A DNA stretch of 48,398 nucleotides from Desulfatiglandaceae bacterium. GTDB lineage: Bacteria; Desulfobacterota; DSM-4660; Desulfatiglandales; Desulfatiglandaceae. How positions within the stretch are numbered: the stretch's first letter is position 1; every line of letters starts with the position of its first letter. The DNA is taken from positions 1-48,398 of the forward strand of contig JAWOGN010000320.1 of NCBI GenBank assembly GCA_046496815.1. Direction: 5' to 3'. The position numbers and the translations under genes are program-made. The notes beneath the pieces were generated by a model, which worked only from the letters and a program-made list of their open reading frames with translations, was not told where the DNA came from and ran no database searches. Positions 9,562-18,166 of this stretch are shown here, one piece after another.

Positions 9562-10794
9562 CTACAACAATCTGACGTGTACTTTCTGGCCTCGATAGAG
9601 CCCTTCCGTATTCATCCCGATTTGAATGAGACCGTCCGCAACCGCAAGGGTGGATATGAGACCCGATTTACCGAAGACCGGTTCGGCAAGGAGGCTGTTT
9701 TTGCCGCGAATCAATTTTACGCGGATGTAATCCTCTCTTCCTGGGGCCGATTCTATGTTCCGGCTCAGTTCGGCCTCCACTCCGGACTGAAATCCACCAA
9801 AGGCATTCTTTTTCCCTGAGAGTTTCGAAAGTAATCGTGTCAGGACAACTTCCGCCACCACCAAGGCCGAGGCCACTTGGCCGGGCAGTCCGATAATCGG
9901 CGTGGTGCCGGATTTTCCGATGATCGTAGGTTTCCCGGGACTGATGGAAATGCCGTGAACCAGGAGCTCAAAGTCTGGAAGTGCTTCGAACACCTTTAGC
10001 GTAAGGTCCCGGGTCCCCACGGAACTTCCCCCGGATATCCACACGGTGTCCGCCTTTTCCAGAGATTCAACGACCATTGCTTTCAGCAACCCAAAATCGT
10101 CCGGACATAAACCCGTATGGATGCATTTCGCGCCCGCCCGTTGACAGAATGCGGTCAATGTGTAGCGGTTCATATCTCTGACCTGACCGGCGCGTGTGCG
10201 CTCATTTGCGGGCACAATTTCGTCGCCGGTGGAAATAATGGCAACCTTGGGCCTTCGGTAAACGCAGGCTTCCAAACGCCCCAACCCCGCCATCACGCCC
10301 AAATCTTGGGGCCGTAGGACCTGTCCCTTGTTGAGCACTTTTTCACCCTTCCTATAGTCGTCTGTTGCCTGGATGATGTTTTCAAGGGGTGATACAGCCC
10401 GGGTAACTTCAAGGGTGGTCTCATCCAAGGGGTGGCAATATTCCACCATGACTACGCCGTCAGCACCTTCCGGGAGCATGCCGCCTGTAGATATTTTCAC
10501 CGCCTGACCTTCTCCCACGGAGCGCTTGCAGACTTGCCCCATAGCCACTTCCCCGATCACTTCAAAGAAGGCCGGGAGGCTCTCACTCGCGCCGAAGGTA
10601 TCTCTGGCTCTCACCGCATATCCGTCCATGGCAGACCTTGAAAATCCCGGCAGGTCTTCCGAGGCAACAATATCCTCGCTTAGCACCCGGGCCAAGGCCT
10701 TCTCAAAAAGAATCGTTTCTTCGCCCACGGGACTGAATTGATCCATGATGCGAAACACCTCTTCGAGTGTCTTAACTTTAAAAAAGCTATCCAT
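9562..10794 (-). CDS. moeA: Molybdopterin molybdenumtransferase MoeA
   Basis: ORF 9562..10923, trimmed to ATG 10794 (MDSFFKVKTLEEV). MoeA motifs SAMDGYAV, ISTGDE, WISGGSSVGTRD, ISPGKPT. The 43-aa upstream extension is low-complexity and is better read as a leader. Confidence 0.85.
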   Translation of the reverse strand: MDSFFKVKTLEEVFRIMDQFSPVGEETILFEKALARVLSEDIVASEDLPGFSRSAMDGYAVRARDTFGASESLPAFFEVIGEVAMGQVCKRSVGEGQAVKISTGGMLPEGADGVVMVEYCHPLDETTLEVTRAVSPLENIIQATDDYRKGEKVLNKGQVLRPQDLGVMAGLGRLEACVYRRPKVAIISTGDEIVPANERTRAGQVRDMNRYTLTAFCQRAGAKCIHTGLCPDDFGLLKAMVVESLEKADTVWISGGSSVGTRDLTLKVFEALPDFELLVHGISISPGKPTIIGKSGTTPIIGLPGQVASALVVAEVVLTRLLSKLSGKKNAFGGFQSGVEAELSRNIESAPGREDYIRVKLIRGKNSLLAEPVFGKSGLISTLAVADGLIQIGMNTEGLYRGQKVHVRLL

Positions 10795-10796
10795 CC

Positions 10797-10960
10797 TGCC
10801 CTTTCCGGCTCGCCTCCCTCGCCCCTCTGCGCTGTCACATCGGACTTCGACATCCGTCCGGTCCGGCGGTTTGGGAGGGTGACAAGAAACCGTTAAACAA
10901 ATCCTCTCATCAAACTCGCTCACTTGGAAACGCCCATTCCGGGAGGAAAATTTGGGTAAA
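10797..10960 (-). promoter_or_regulatory. Candidate Moco (molybdenum cofactor) riboswitch leader of moeA
   Basis: Minus-strand leader ...CACCCTCCCAAACCGCCGGACCGGACGGATGTCGAAGTCCGATGTGACAGCGCAGAGGGGCGAGGGAGGCGAGCCGGAAAGGGCAGG-ATG. CCCTCCC and GGGAGG can pair, there is a CGGAC/GTCCG hairpin, and a CGAGCC...GGAAAGG block overlaps the RBS. From memory this resembles the Moco RNA motif. Not verified by a covariance model. Confidence 0.3.
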
Positions 10961-11393
10961 CACGGTTACGCAAATTCAATATGTCATTTAGGATATATCA
11001 GTGCAACAAGAATTTGTTCATCCTCGTTATACCCGAATCGTAAATGCCGGTTTGAAAGCCTCACAAAAAGCCGCGACCCCGGCAAAACCGGCGTCCAAAA
11101 TTTCTTAACCATCCGATAGATTGGTTTATAACTCTTGCTGATCATACAAGGCGACGCATTATGCTGTTTTGGAAGCCCTCAAAGATACGGGGGGGGCTGT
11201 CCCAGTTCATTTTTAAATGAAAGGGCCGCTGCGGCAGAATATAGTTTGACATTTGATTTCGACATCCATCTATGACATAATCTTTTGGCGGTCCGGATAT
11301 TGGAATCACCGAAGGTCATCCGGGTGCTCGTGCGAGAATGACCAGAAGCACACCAAACAGCGCCGCCGTTGATTCGACTCAGAAGGTTTTAAA

Positions 11394-12104
11394 TTGAAAC
11401 AAGATTATCCCTACAAAAAGCACGTGTATTGGTTGACAGAGGGGCAAGAGGAGCATCTCAGAGAGCATCTTGCTGCACGCAACGTAAAGCTGAAATCCGC
11501 CAAAGGGATCGTATGCACCCCTTTGGATACTATTAACAAAATTTCCAGTGTTGCACCGCATGTGTGGGATGATACCTGCGGCAGACAAGGAAGTTGGTAC
11601 AGGGCTTCGGAGAAAAATGGCCTGTATTTGGTGATCAGCTCGTTCGAACTCAGTCTATTTCAAGCTCAGAAGGCCGCCACGATCACAGAATCTGACTTTA
11701 TTCAACCTCGTGTGGCCACGTGGAAAGAAAAGCGGAGCCTGGTTCAAGAAATCTCGCTGGGAAGACGGATTCCCGAAAAATGGCGACACGTTGAAGACAT
11801 TGAAAAGAGAATATACTTAAGATGGGCCCGAAGGCTTGGTTCCCATGTCCAAGACTATGATTTCCTTTATATCTCCCATACAGCCAACCACGCAAATTTT
11901 ATATCCCCTAAATTCTTTATTCGTAACGGCAATGGCATCATCCCGTACTCTGTTGATCGGAGTGCGCACCTCTGTTCCTGTTGTTTAGAACTTTTTCAAG
12001 TTTTGGGAAGCCAATTCGAGAGAAAACTGGTGGCACCCTGTCCCGGCGCCTCAATTTTTGCCCGGCTGAAGCCCAACCGGTTCCTCCTCGTAGAGAAACC
12101 GTAA
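11394..12104 (+). CDS. Hypothetical protein (orphan, Cys/His-rich C-terminus)
   Basis: 236-aa ORF with a TTG start (AAGG 8 nt upstream) and no internal ATG. C-terminal HTANHANF ... SAHLCSCCLELF ... APCPG. I recognise no family. Confidence 0.45.
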   Translation: MKQDYPYKKHVYWLTEGQEEHLREHLAARNVKLKSAKGIVCTPLDTINKISSVAPHVWDDTCGRQGSWYRASEKNGLYLVISSFELSLFQAQKAATITESDFIQPRVATWKEKRSLVQEISLGRRIPEKWRHVEDIEKRIYLRWARRLGSHVQDYDFLYISHTANHANFISPKFFIRNGNGIIPYSVDRSAHLCSCCLELFQVLGSQFERKLVAPCPGASIFARLKPNRFLLVEKP

Positions 12105-12229
12105 ACGCGTTCCGGTCTCCGGCGAGGGGGCGACTTCATATAAGACTATCCCTGTTTACTGAAAATGATGGATAGAGGGCGGGAAACGGTTTTGTGCTTC
12201 AGACCAAAGTCAAAATGCCTGCTGAGATC

Positions 12230-12562
12230 TTACGAAAGCTTCTTCGAAAGCGCTTTTTGAAGCTCGCTGAACTGAACGCCGATGACGTAGGTCCCACTGT
12301 ACTTCTCTTGAGAATGGACTACCTTTCCTTGAACGGTGAAAATATGCTCCTCGACGGCAATTTCCATTTCCATAAGAGAATCACAATTTATTGGCTGATA
12401 CACTTCCACCCCTACACCCGCCGGGCTGACATTAATTGTTCTGGCCATGGAAACACCGGTTTTTTCGACCCCACCCTCCCTATTCGTATAAGACAAAAGA
12501 TAAAGGGATTCCAGCCTGGGATACCGTCTTCTTTCCTCGTCAACTCTTTCCCCTTTGCCCAT
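12230..12562 (-). CDS. PilZ-domain c-di-GMP-binding protein
   Basis: RxxxR motif (RRRYPR) and D/NxSxxG motif (NVSPAG) at canonical spacing. Single-domain size of 110 aa. Confidence 0.8.
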   Translation of the reverse strand: MGKGERVDEERRRYPRLESLYLLSYTNREGGVEKTGVSMARTINVSPAGVGVEVYQPINCDSLMEMEIAVEEHIFTVQGKVVHSQEKYSGTYVIGVQFSELQKALSKKLS

Positions 12563-12877
12563 TTAAACCTCCCTTCGAGGATGGCGTTTTGGATACGTAG
12601 TATAGGATAAAGCCATCGGGGTGTCAATGCGTGTCATCATCTCAAAAGGGGGGATTTCCACTGCGTTATCCGCTTGTTCAAATGCCCATTGCCGATATTT
12701 GAAGGAGCGACATCTGCCTTCTCCGGCTGCGACGGGTTTTACCGGAAACAGGCCGGAGAAAAAACGCGCCGAAAATATCGTTATTCATGAGTCGTTTCAA
12801 TAATATAGAATTCGACAATAGACTTGTTGGCAATTGGGGAAGATATCATGGAGAAATGCAGAACGAATCGGGCTTAG

Positions 12878-15073
12878 TTATAAGAGCTCTTGAATGTTCC
12901 TGATCCTGATGGCCATCTCCATGAGTTCGTTCGATAGGGCTTTTACAAAGGTCTTTGCGTCCGGCATCTGATCCGCATCAAAACTGGTGACTGCACCCGC
13001 AATCTTGACGGTGATTGGAATTCCGTTGACGTGAATCGGTTTTTCATGCAGCAATCTCATGCTGCGTCGAAGTGCCAATTTCCCTTCCTTTTGAATTGTC
13101 ATGGGCAGTACCGCAACCAGAGCATTTTTCCCCATCTGGCCGATGATGTCCGCATCCCTAAGAATATTTGCAAGCTTATATAGAATCTCATCCATCAAAG
13201 CCTGTTGACTAACGGCCTGGGGAGGCGGGCCTGTTTGCGGCTTGCTTTTTACTACGGAGAAAGATAATGCGGCAAACGGCGTGGCGTAGCGTTTGCTTCT
13301 TGAAATCTCTTTGGCGATGAAAAACATCAGGTCTTTTGATTTCAAAACGCCTGCAGGCATCCTTTTTTTTGCATCCTGCTCCTGCCGCAGCACTTTCTCT
13401 TTGGAAATCTCAGCATATATCTGCTTAAAATCGTTTTCGTCAATTTCTTTGGATTCCACCTTTGCCCGGACTGTTTTCAGGATTTCGCCCAGTTCTTCAT
13501 TCTCGCTGACACTCTGTTCCATGATTTGAAGCACACTCAAGTTCTTTGACTCCGGTCGTCGTGATGACCCCGACTGCGTGTCAATCCACTCGGATCTGAT
13601 TTTTTCAAGAATACCATCCATGCGTTTGTTGAGCCTTTCTTCCAACCCCTCAAGCACATCGTCCTGAATCTCCATGCCCCTTAGACGACTGACGATGCTG
13701 GACTCAAGACCGGTGATGACCCGACGCAAATGCTGTTCACCCGCCACTCCATTTTTCTCGGCAATATCGAGCGTCAGTTTTGATCCAAGCCGTTCCACAT
13801 AGTCTACCAGTAGGTCTGTCAGCGCCTTCTCATCCCCCGTACCTTTTTGAATTTCAGCGGCCAGGAAAATGAGTTCCGCAGCCTCAACAGGATTTTCCTT
13901 TACCTGCTGAATCAGGTCTTCTCCGTCAATGCCCACCTCTTCAGCGCTTTTCTTCAGGATTTTGGCCAATTCTTCATTCTGAAGTTCCTTTCCCAACTCG
14001 TGAACCAAATTCATGTAATCCGACAGCGGCATGCCCTCCTCCAGCAACGCCGCCTTGATTTTGGGAAGCAACCGTTTGAGTTCCTCGGCTTCGGGAACCA
14101 ACCTGCGAAGGATTTGTGCCAAGCGCGCAGTGGAGATTTTTCCCGCTTTGTATTCATCCTTTATCAACTTTATGAGCACATTGTCAGTGATTTCATTGGC
14201 CTTATCAAGGATTTTCTCTTCATCGCAGTAGGTAATGTTCAGGGCCTTTTGGGCCTCAATCCCCTGCATCAACTGATTTTTCATGTCAAAGACCGCAGCG
14301 GCCAGTTCCGACAGATCGGCATCCCCCTCTCCGGAGAGACCCCTGTCAACCTGATCGCCTATCATCTGGAGTTGATGCAAAAGGACCGGTCCGGGACGTG
14401 GCTCCTCAGCCTCACTCTCACGAGAACTCCTGATGTCGGCCTCAATCATGTTTTTTGAGAGTCCGGTAGGATTATGCATGAGGTTCTGAATCGTAAAGGT
14501 CTTTTCAAATTCTTCACCCAGAACACTTTCAAGGATCATGTCAATAAACAGTTTCTTGGATCGAAGCTGTTCCTCCTCCGCCATCTGAGGGGTCATTTTG
14601 TCAAGTGCGTCACGCGCTACAACTTCATCGTCCGCAGTGACTTTCTTGAAAAAGACATGATTGATTCTCATATGTCGGATGCCTTTGACTTCCAAGGCCT
14701 TTTTCATGGCTTCTGCGTTGGGATATTTATTAAGGGATATGAATATCTCCAGAAAGCTTCTGAGCTCGTTTTTCTCCAGCCCCTCCTCAAATGAAACAGA
14801 CTGAATCCCCGTTTTCTTAAAATGCGCGACCATTCTGTTGACAATAATGCGAGGATCGAGCGGTTCTTCGTCAATAAAAAACTTTTCCTGATGCAATATG
14901 AAAACCAGTGGGGAAACGGTCTTGAACAGGTTTTCGACAAGCCCGTAAAACTCCTCAAGAGACTGTTTTACATACGGATGATCGACCTGATACATGGTGG
15001 CACGGTTAAACAGCAGAGAAACGCTGCGGCCGAATTTGGCAAGCTCCTGTTTGCTGACTTTATGCTCCGGCAT
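12878..15073 (-). CDS. Large signalling protein with a C-terminal degenerate GGDEF domain (A-site lost, I-site RxxD retained)
   Basis: C-terminus RDADIIGQMGKNALVAVLPMT aligns with RxxD-x5-GG(D/E)EF-x-x-LP-x-T. The RxxD is kept and GGDEF is replaced by GKNAL. The upstream metal-binding D-x-D is replaced (SFSVV). The long helical N-terminal and central region is unassigned. Confidence 0.7.
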   Translation of the reverse strand: MPEHKVSKQELAKFGRSVSLLFNRATMYQVDHPYVKQSLEEFYGLVENLFKTVSPLVFILHQEKFFIDEEPLDPRIIVNRMVAHFKKTGIQSVSFEEGLEKNELRSFLEIFISLNKYPNAEAMKKALEVKGIRHMRINHVFFKKVTADDEVVARDALDKMTPQMAEEEQLRSKKLFIDMILESVLGEEFEKTFTIQNLMHNPTGLSKNMIEADIRSSRESEAEEPRPGPVLLHQLQMIGDQVDRGLSGEGDADLSELAAAVFDMKNQLMQGIEAQKALNITYCDEEKILDKANEITDNVLIKLIKDEYKAGKISTARLAQILRRLVPEAEELKRLLPKIKAALLEEGMPLSDYMNLVHELGKELQNEELAKILKKSAEEVGIDGEDLIQQVKENPVEAAELIFLAAEIQKGTGDEKALTDLLVDYVERLGSKLTLDIAEKNGVAGEQHLRRVITGLESSIVSRLRGMEIQDDVLEGLEERLNKRMDGILEKIRSEWIDTQSGSSRRPESKNLSVLQIMEQSVSENEELGEILKTVRAKVESKEIDENDFKQIYAEISKEKVLRQEQDAKKRMPAGVLKSKDLMFFIAKEISRSKRYATPFAALSFSVVKSKPQTGPPPQAVSQQALMDEILYKLANILRDADIIGQMGKNALVAVLPMTIQKEGKLALRRSMRLLHEKPIHVNGIPITVKIAGAVTSFDADQMPDAKTFVKALSNELMEMAIRIRNIQELL

Positions 15074-15089
15074 TTTTCCCTCTTCAATG

Positions 15090-15986
15090 TTAATTCGATG
15101 CGTGCTGGCGCTGGTAGGCTTCCAGTACCTTCAAGAATTCATTGCCGGTAGGGTATCGTTTTTCCGGGTCATGGGACAGCGCCTTGAAGACAATTTCGTC
15201 GATCCCCCCGTTGAGCATCGGATTCATCTCTGAAGGCCGTTTTTGAAAAAGTCGATCCTTGAGTTCCAAGCGCCTGGTGAGGAGTTCCCTTGCATTCGCA
15301 CACTTTGGCACCGGCAAATTGGATACCAGCATTTCAAAGAGCATGACCCCCGTTGCGTAAATATCGGCACGCCCGTCTACCGGGTTGTTCAGAATTTGTT
15401 CCGGCGCCATGTAGGTCGGCGTTCCGGCTATCATGGAACATTCCTGCTCCGGTCCCCGAACCATTTTTGCCAGGCCGAAGTCTGTGATAATGGGTCGGCC
15501 GGTATGCGATTCGATGAGGATATTGGCCGGTTTTATGTCCCGGTGGACGATATCCTGGGAGTGGGCATAATCCAACGCATCGAGAATACGGGTAATGATT
15601 CGAATGGTCGAATTTAGGGGTAAAAATCGCTTGGACGGCAAGATATGCTTCCGAACCCTTTTTATGTAATCGGAAAGGGGCCGTCCTTTCACCAACTGCA
15701 TGGTGATAAACAAGAAATCCTCGGTGTCTCCGACTTCATAAATGGTAACAATGTTGGGGTGTGACAGGATCGCCGCAGCTTCCGCTTCCTGCTGGAATAG
15801 TTCGGCGGCATAGGGAGTCAGGAGAGACTTGGGCAGTATTTTGACCGCAATCTGACGTTTGAGTGTTCGCTGATAGGCGATAAAAATAGCCGCCATACCA
15901 CCACGGGCCAGCTCCTTGACAAGCGTGGACGTGCCGACCTCCTGGCCGATAAGATGGTCAAAGTTCAATTCCTTGAGCGTGGTCAT
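15090..15986 (-). CDS. Hanks-type serine/threonine protein kinase (kinase domain only)
   Basis: Gly-loop region, catalytic loop HRDIKPANILI, DFGLAK, GTPTYMAPE. 298 aa with no extra sensor or TM domain. 16 nt upstream of the GGDEF-like gene. Confidence 0.9.
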   Translation of the reverse strand: MTTLKELNFDHLIGQEVGTSTLVKELARGGMAAIFIAYQRTLKRQIAVKILPKSLLTPYAAELFQQEAEAAAILSHPNIVTIYEVGDTEDFLFITMQLVKGRPLSDYIKRVRKHILPSKRFLPLNSTIRIITRILDALDYAHSQDIVHRDIKPANILIESHTGRPIITDFGLAKMVRGPEQECSMIAGTPTYMAPEQILNNPVDGRADIYATGVMLFEMLVSNLPVPKCANARELLTRRLELKDRLFQKRPSEMNPMLNGGIDEIVFKALSHDPEKRYPTGNEFLKVLEAYQRQHASN

Positions 15987-16567
15987 GGGCTCACATTTCC
16001 TTGTATCCCACCTCAGAGCGTTAATGGAGTCAAGATCGGCACATGAATGTCAGAGATCCTTTTGTCCGATTTTCAGGTGAATTCTAGAATTCTTGCACAG
16101 AAGACCGTTTGAATTCCTGCATCTATTATCGGCCGCAGATTCCATTTCTTTAGTTTTTGCTTGGAAAAATCGCGCAAAAATCAGAAGCGTTACGAACAGT
16201 TGCTTATTCCTGGGCATTCACCTGTATCATTTTCTCCTCTAAAGCCGAACTATTCTCGATGGATCGGAAAGAAGCTTTTTGCGTCATTCTGCGAACCATT
16301 TTTTGCAATCGATATTTTCTTGAAACCGGACCCCGTGCCTGTCCCGGTCCCCGATCCGGGATTCATCGAAGTAACAACTTCCGACACAGCTGTCGAAATT
16401 GCAAAGAAGAGACGTGAGGCCATGATCTCATTGCTCGGTATTGAAGCAAAAACGGCAACCTCTGAACAGAAAGTCGAATGCGTGTTACGGCTTTTTCCGG
16501 TTGAATGATTTCAGCATAAAGAATATGGTCAACTGATAAAAATCACTCAGAACCTCAGGAGACACGC

Positions 16568-17152
16568 GTGGATATTGAAAAATGCTATGAGATTCTCGAA
16601 TTGAATAAAGACGCCACTCCGGATCAGGCAAAACAAGCCTATAAAGATCTGGTGAATATATGGCATCCGGATCGGGTATCCAATAATCCCCGGCTGAAGC
16701 AAAAGGCGGAGGACAAACTGAAGGAAATCAACAGCGCTTATGAGAATGTGGTGTTACATCTGTCATCTCCAAAACGAACCGTGCCCGAAAGTGAAGCGAG
16801 CAGAAGCAGTTATCCTGGACCAACCGCCGAGGAGCCTGCCACTTCTCCACACCCACAGAACACCCACCCTTTTCAGTCAAAAACCGAAACCGTCGCCAAA
16901 CCGGACTCCCGCATTCTTCGAGATGAAAGCGTCTTCGCAAATCTGTGGTCTTCTTTTTCTTCCTGGTCTCATCAAATGTTAACCGCCGTAAAGTCAAGGG
17001 GGGGCGGAAGCGATGCGGAGGCATGGCGAGAATCGAAAAATTCCGGCATGGGACAAGGAAGGGGCCGATCTAAGGGGCGAGGCAAAGGTATGGGTCGAGG
17101 TCGGGGCAACCGAATGGGAAGCGGCGGTAGGGGAAAAGGAAGAGGTCGATGA
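16568..17152 (+). CDS. J-domain (DnaJ-like) protein with an Arg/Gly-rich C-terminal tail
   Basis: GTG start with AGGAG 6 nt upstream. J-domain CYEILELNKDATPDQAKQAYKDLVNIWHPDRV (HPD motif). Tail GQGRGRSKGRGKGMGRGRGNRMGSGGRGKGRGR. Confidence 0.8.
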   Translation: MDIEKCYEILELNKDATPDQAKQAYKDLVNIWHPDRVSNNPRLKQKAEDKLKEINSAYENVVLHLSSPKRTVPESEASRSSYPGPTAEEPATSPHPQNTHPFQSKTETVAKPDSRILRDESVFANLWSSFSSWSHQMLTAVKSRGGGSDAEAWRESKNSGMGQGRGRSKGRGKGMGRGRGNRMGSGGRGKGRGR

Positions 17153-17246
17153 TCTGTGGATGTTCAGGCGATGTCGGCGGAGAGGTTTCTTCTGTTGAAG
17201 GCTTGCGTCCGTGACAGACGATCCGGAGCCGCCACCTGTGAATGTT

Positions 17247-17405
17247 GTATCCATTGAGCGCTTTGAAACCCGCAGGCGACAGAGGAATGGGGGGCAGTTG
17301 GAATCTCTTTGAGAAGGCCGCAAAGCCTTAACGCATCCAATGGAAGGGCAGCTGGGCCTCAAGACGCATCCCGGGACAGCCCCGAAAGGGAATCGTTGCT
17401 GCAAC
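17247..17405. repeat. Half copy of the dispersed repeat element (box A, box B, about 80 nt of interior)
   Basis: Collinear with the reverse complement of 47662-47819. Box A: gtatccattgagcgctttgaaa. Box B: ggggggcagttggaatctctttgagaaggccgcaa. Shared exact strings: ggcagctgggcctcaa, ggacagcccc, aagggaatcg. Roughly three-quarters identical by eye. Confidence 0.7.
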
Positions 17406-17451
17406 TTAAGGAAAAAGATCCCTGAGTCTCATCCCCGAAGAACGCAAGAAG

Positions 17452-17760
17452 ATGAAAGCGTTGGAGAAAAGGACCATGGAGCGGGAAAAGCAGGAGATGT
17501 CTCATTATTTTGAGGATGCAAAGAAAGTGCTTCCGGACCTGGGCTTGTCGGAAAAATGGGTCACCTTTAAATTCCAGTACGATCCATCAGGCAAACCCAA
17601 GAAAGTAACCCAGGCCATCCTGGAGAAGCTCAAAAAGGGCGGATACGGAACTCTCGTAATCGGGCGAAAAGGGGCGACCCATGCAAGAGAGTTCCGTCTT
17701 GGATCCGTGGCCATGCGAACGGTAGGGGAGGCAAGAGACTGCGCGATCTGGGTCGTCTGA
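17452..17760 (+). CDS. Universal stress protein family, N-terminally truncated
   Basis: The C-terminal Usp pattern is present ([39 protein letters not shown]). The usual first strand (ILVAVDGS-type) is missing. Only 102 aa, and it sits directly after the truncated repeat copy. Confidence 0.5.
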   Translation: MKALEKRTMEREKQEMSHYFEDAKKVLPDLGLSEKWVTFKFQYDPSGKPKKVTQAILEKLKKGGYGTLVIGRKGATHAREFRLGSVAMRTVGEARDCAIWVV

Positions 17761-17822
17761 ACCGCTTTTTCTTGCCGGAAGCGCGTTTGGTGAACTCCCG
17801 GTAGCCTTTTTTTCCAGATGCT

Positions 17823-18011
17823 CTTTGGGAATGAAACGCATGCGGAGTTCATGAAGAATCTCAGGCCTGTGGGCGGCGGCCCCTTCGGGAACACATGGCC
17901 GAGGTGGGAATCGGCGTGTCTGCTACGCACCTCGCTCCAAACCATGAAAAGGCTGCGATCCCGCCTTTCCACAGTGTTCTCGGGGATATACTGGCGTCCC
18001 CAAGGGGAGGT
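17823..18011 (-). pseudogene. Degenerate msrB (methionine-R-sulfoxide reductase) remnant
   Basis: The minus-strand frame reads [59 protein letters not shown]. This follows the MsrB C-terminal pattern (GWPSF...D.S.GM.R.EV.C..C..HLGHVF.DGP.PTG.RYC.NS). The zinc cysteines and the catalytic Cys are lost (RFFMNS instead of RYCINS), there is a stop just upstream, and no N-terminal half is present. Confidence 0.5.
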
Positions 18012-18166
18012 TTAAGGTATCATCGTTGCTCGATGAGCATGCAATTGGGTTATAATGGCCTGATAATTTGAAGTTTTTTAATTTATAAAGCCGGATATGC
18101 CGTTTGCATCAATTTAACGGGTGGGGCCAATGTGCCGCCTCACGTTGTTTTCATGCTATCCGCAAG

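Noticed and set aside
10795-10923. 43-codon N-terminal extension of moeA in the ORF track
   Set aside because: The peptide (…CHPPKPPDRTDVEVRCDSAEGRGRRAGKGR) is unlike any MoeA N-terminus. ATG 10794 gives the canonical start with a purine-rich RBS. The region is better explained as a structured leader.
11246-11276. TTGACA ... TATGAC promoter-like pair upstream of the orphan ORF
   Set aside because: The spacer is 19 nt and the -10 is weak, which is not good enough to call.
11394-12104. Calling the orphan protein a nucleic-acid deaminase or toxin
   Set aside because: A C-x-x-C is present (CSCC), but the H-x-E catalytic motif is not (HTANH). Evidence is insufficient.
13847-14458. 203-aa plus-strand ORF (and other plus-strand ORFs within 13293-15233)
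   Set aside because: It is antisense to the 731-aa GGDEF-like gene, and its Phe/Leu-rich composition mirrors the Glu/Lys-rich sense strand.
16161-16508. 115-aa plus-strand ORF (TTG start) in the kinase/J-domain divergent spacer
   Set aside because: It has no RBS, no family resemblance and an overlapping alternative-frame ORF of similar length. It may be real, but I cannot support it.
17289-17323. Sigma54-type promoter (TGG...TTG) inside box B of the repeat
   Set aside because: TGGAAT-CTCT-TTGA has the wrong spacing and lacks the -12 GC. The resemblance is superficial.
16994-17404. 136-aa minus-strand ORF
   Set aside because: It is antisense to the Arg/Gly-rich tail of the J-domain gene and to the repeat fragment, and its Ser/Pro/Arg low-complexity translation points to an artefact.
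17823-18011. The msrB-like frame as a functional or Sec-containing MsrB
   Set aside because: The catalytic position reads RFFMNS with ordinary codons (no TGA), the zinc cysteines are gone and the N-terminal half is missing. This is a remnant, not a recoded gene.
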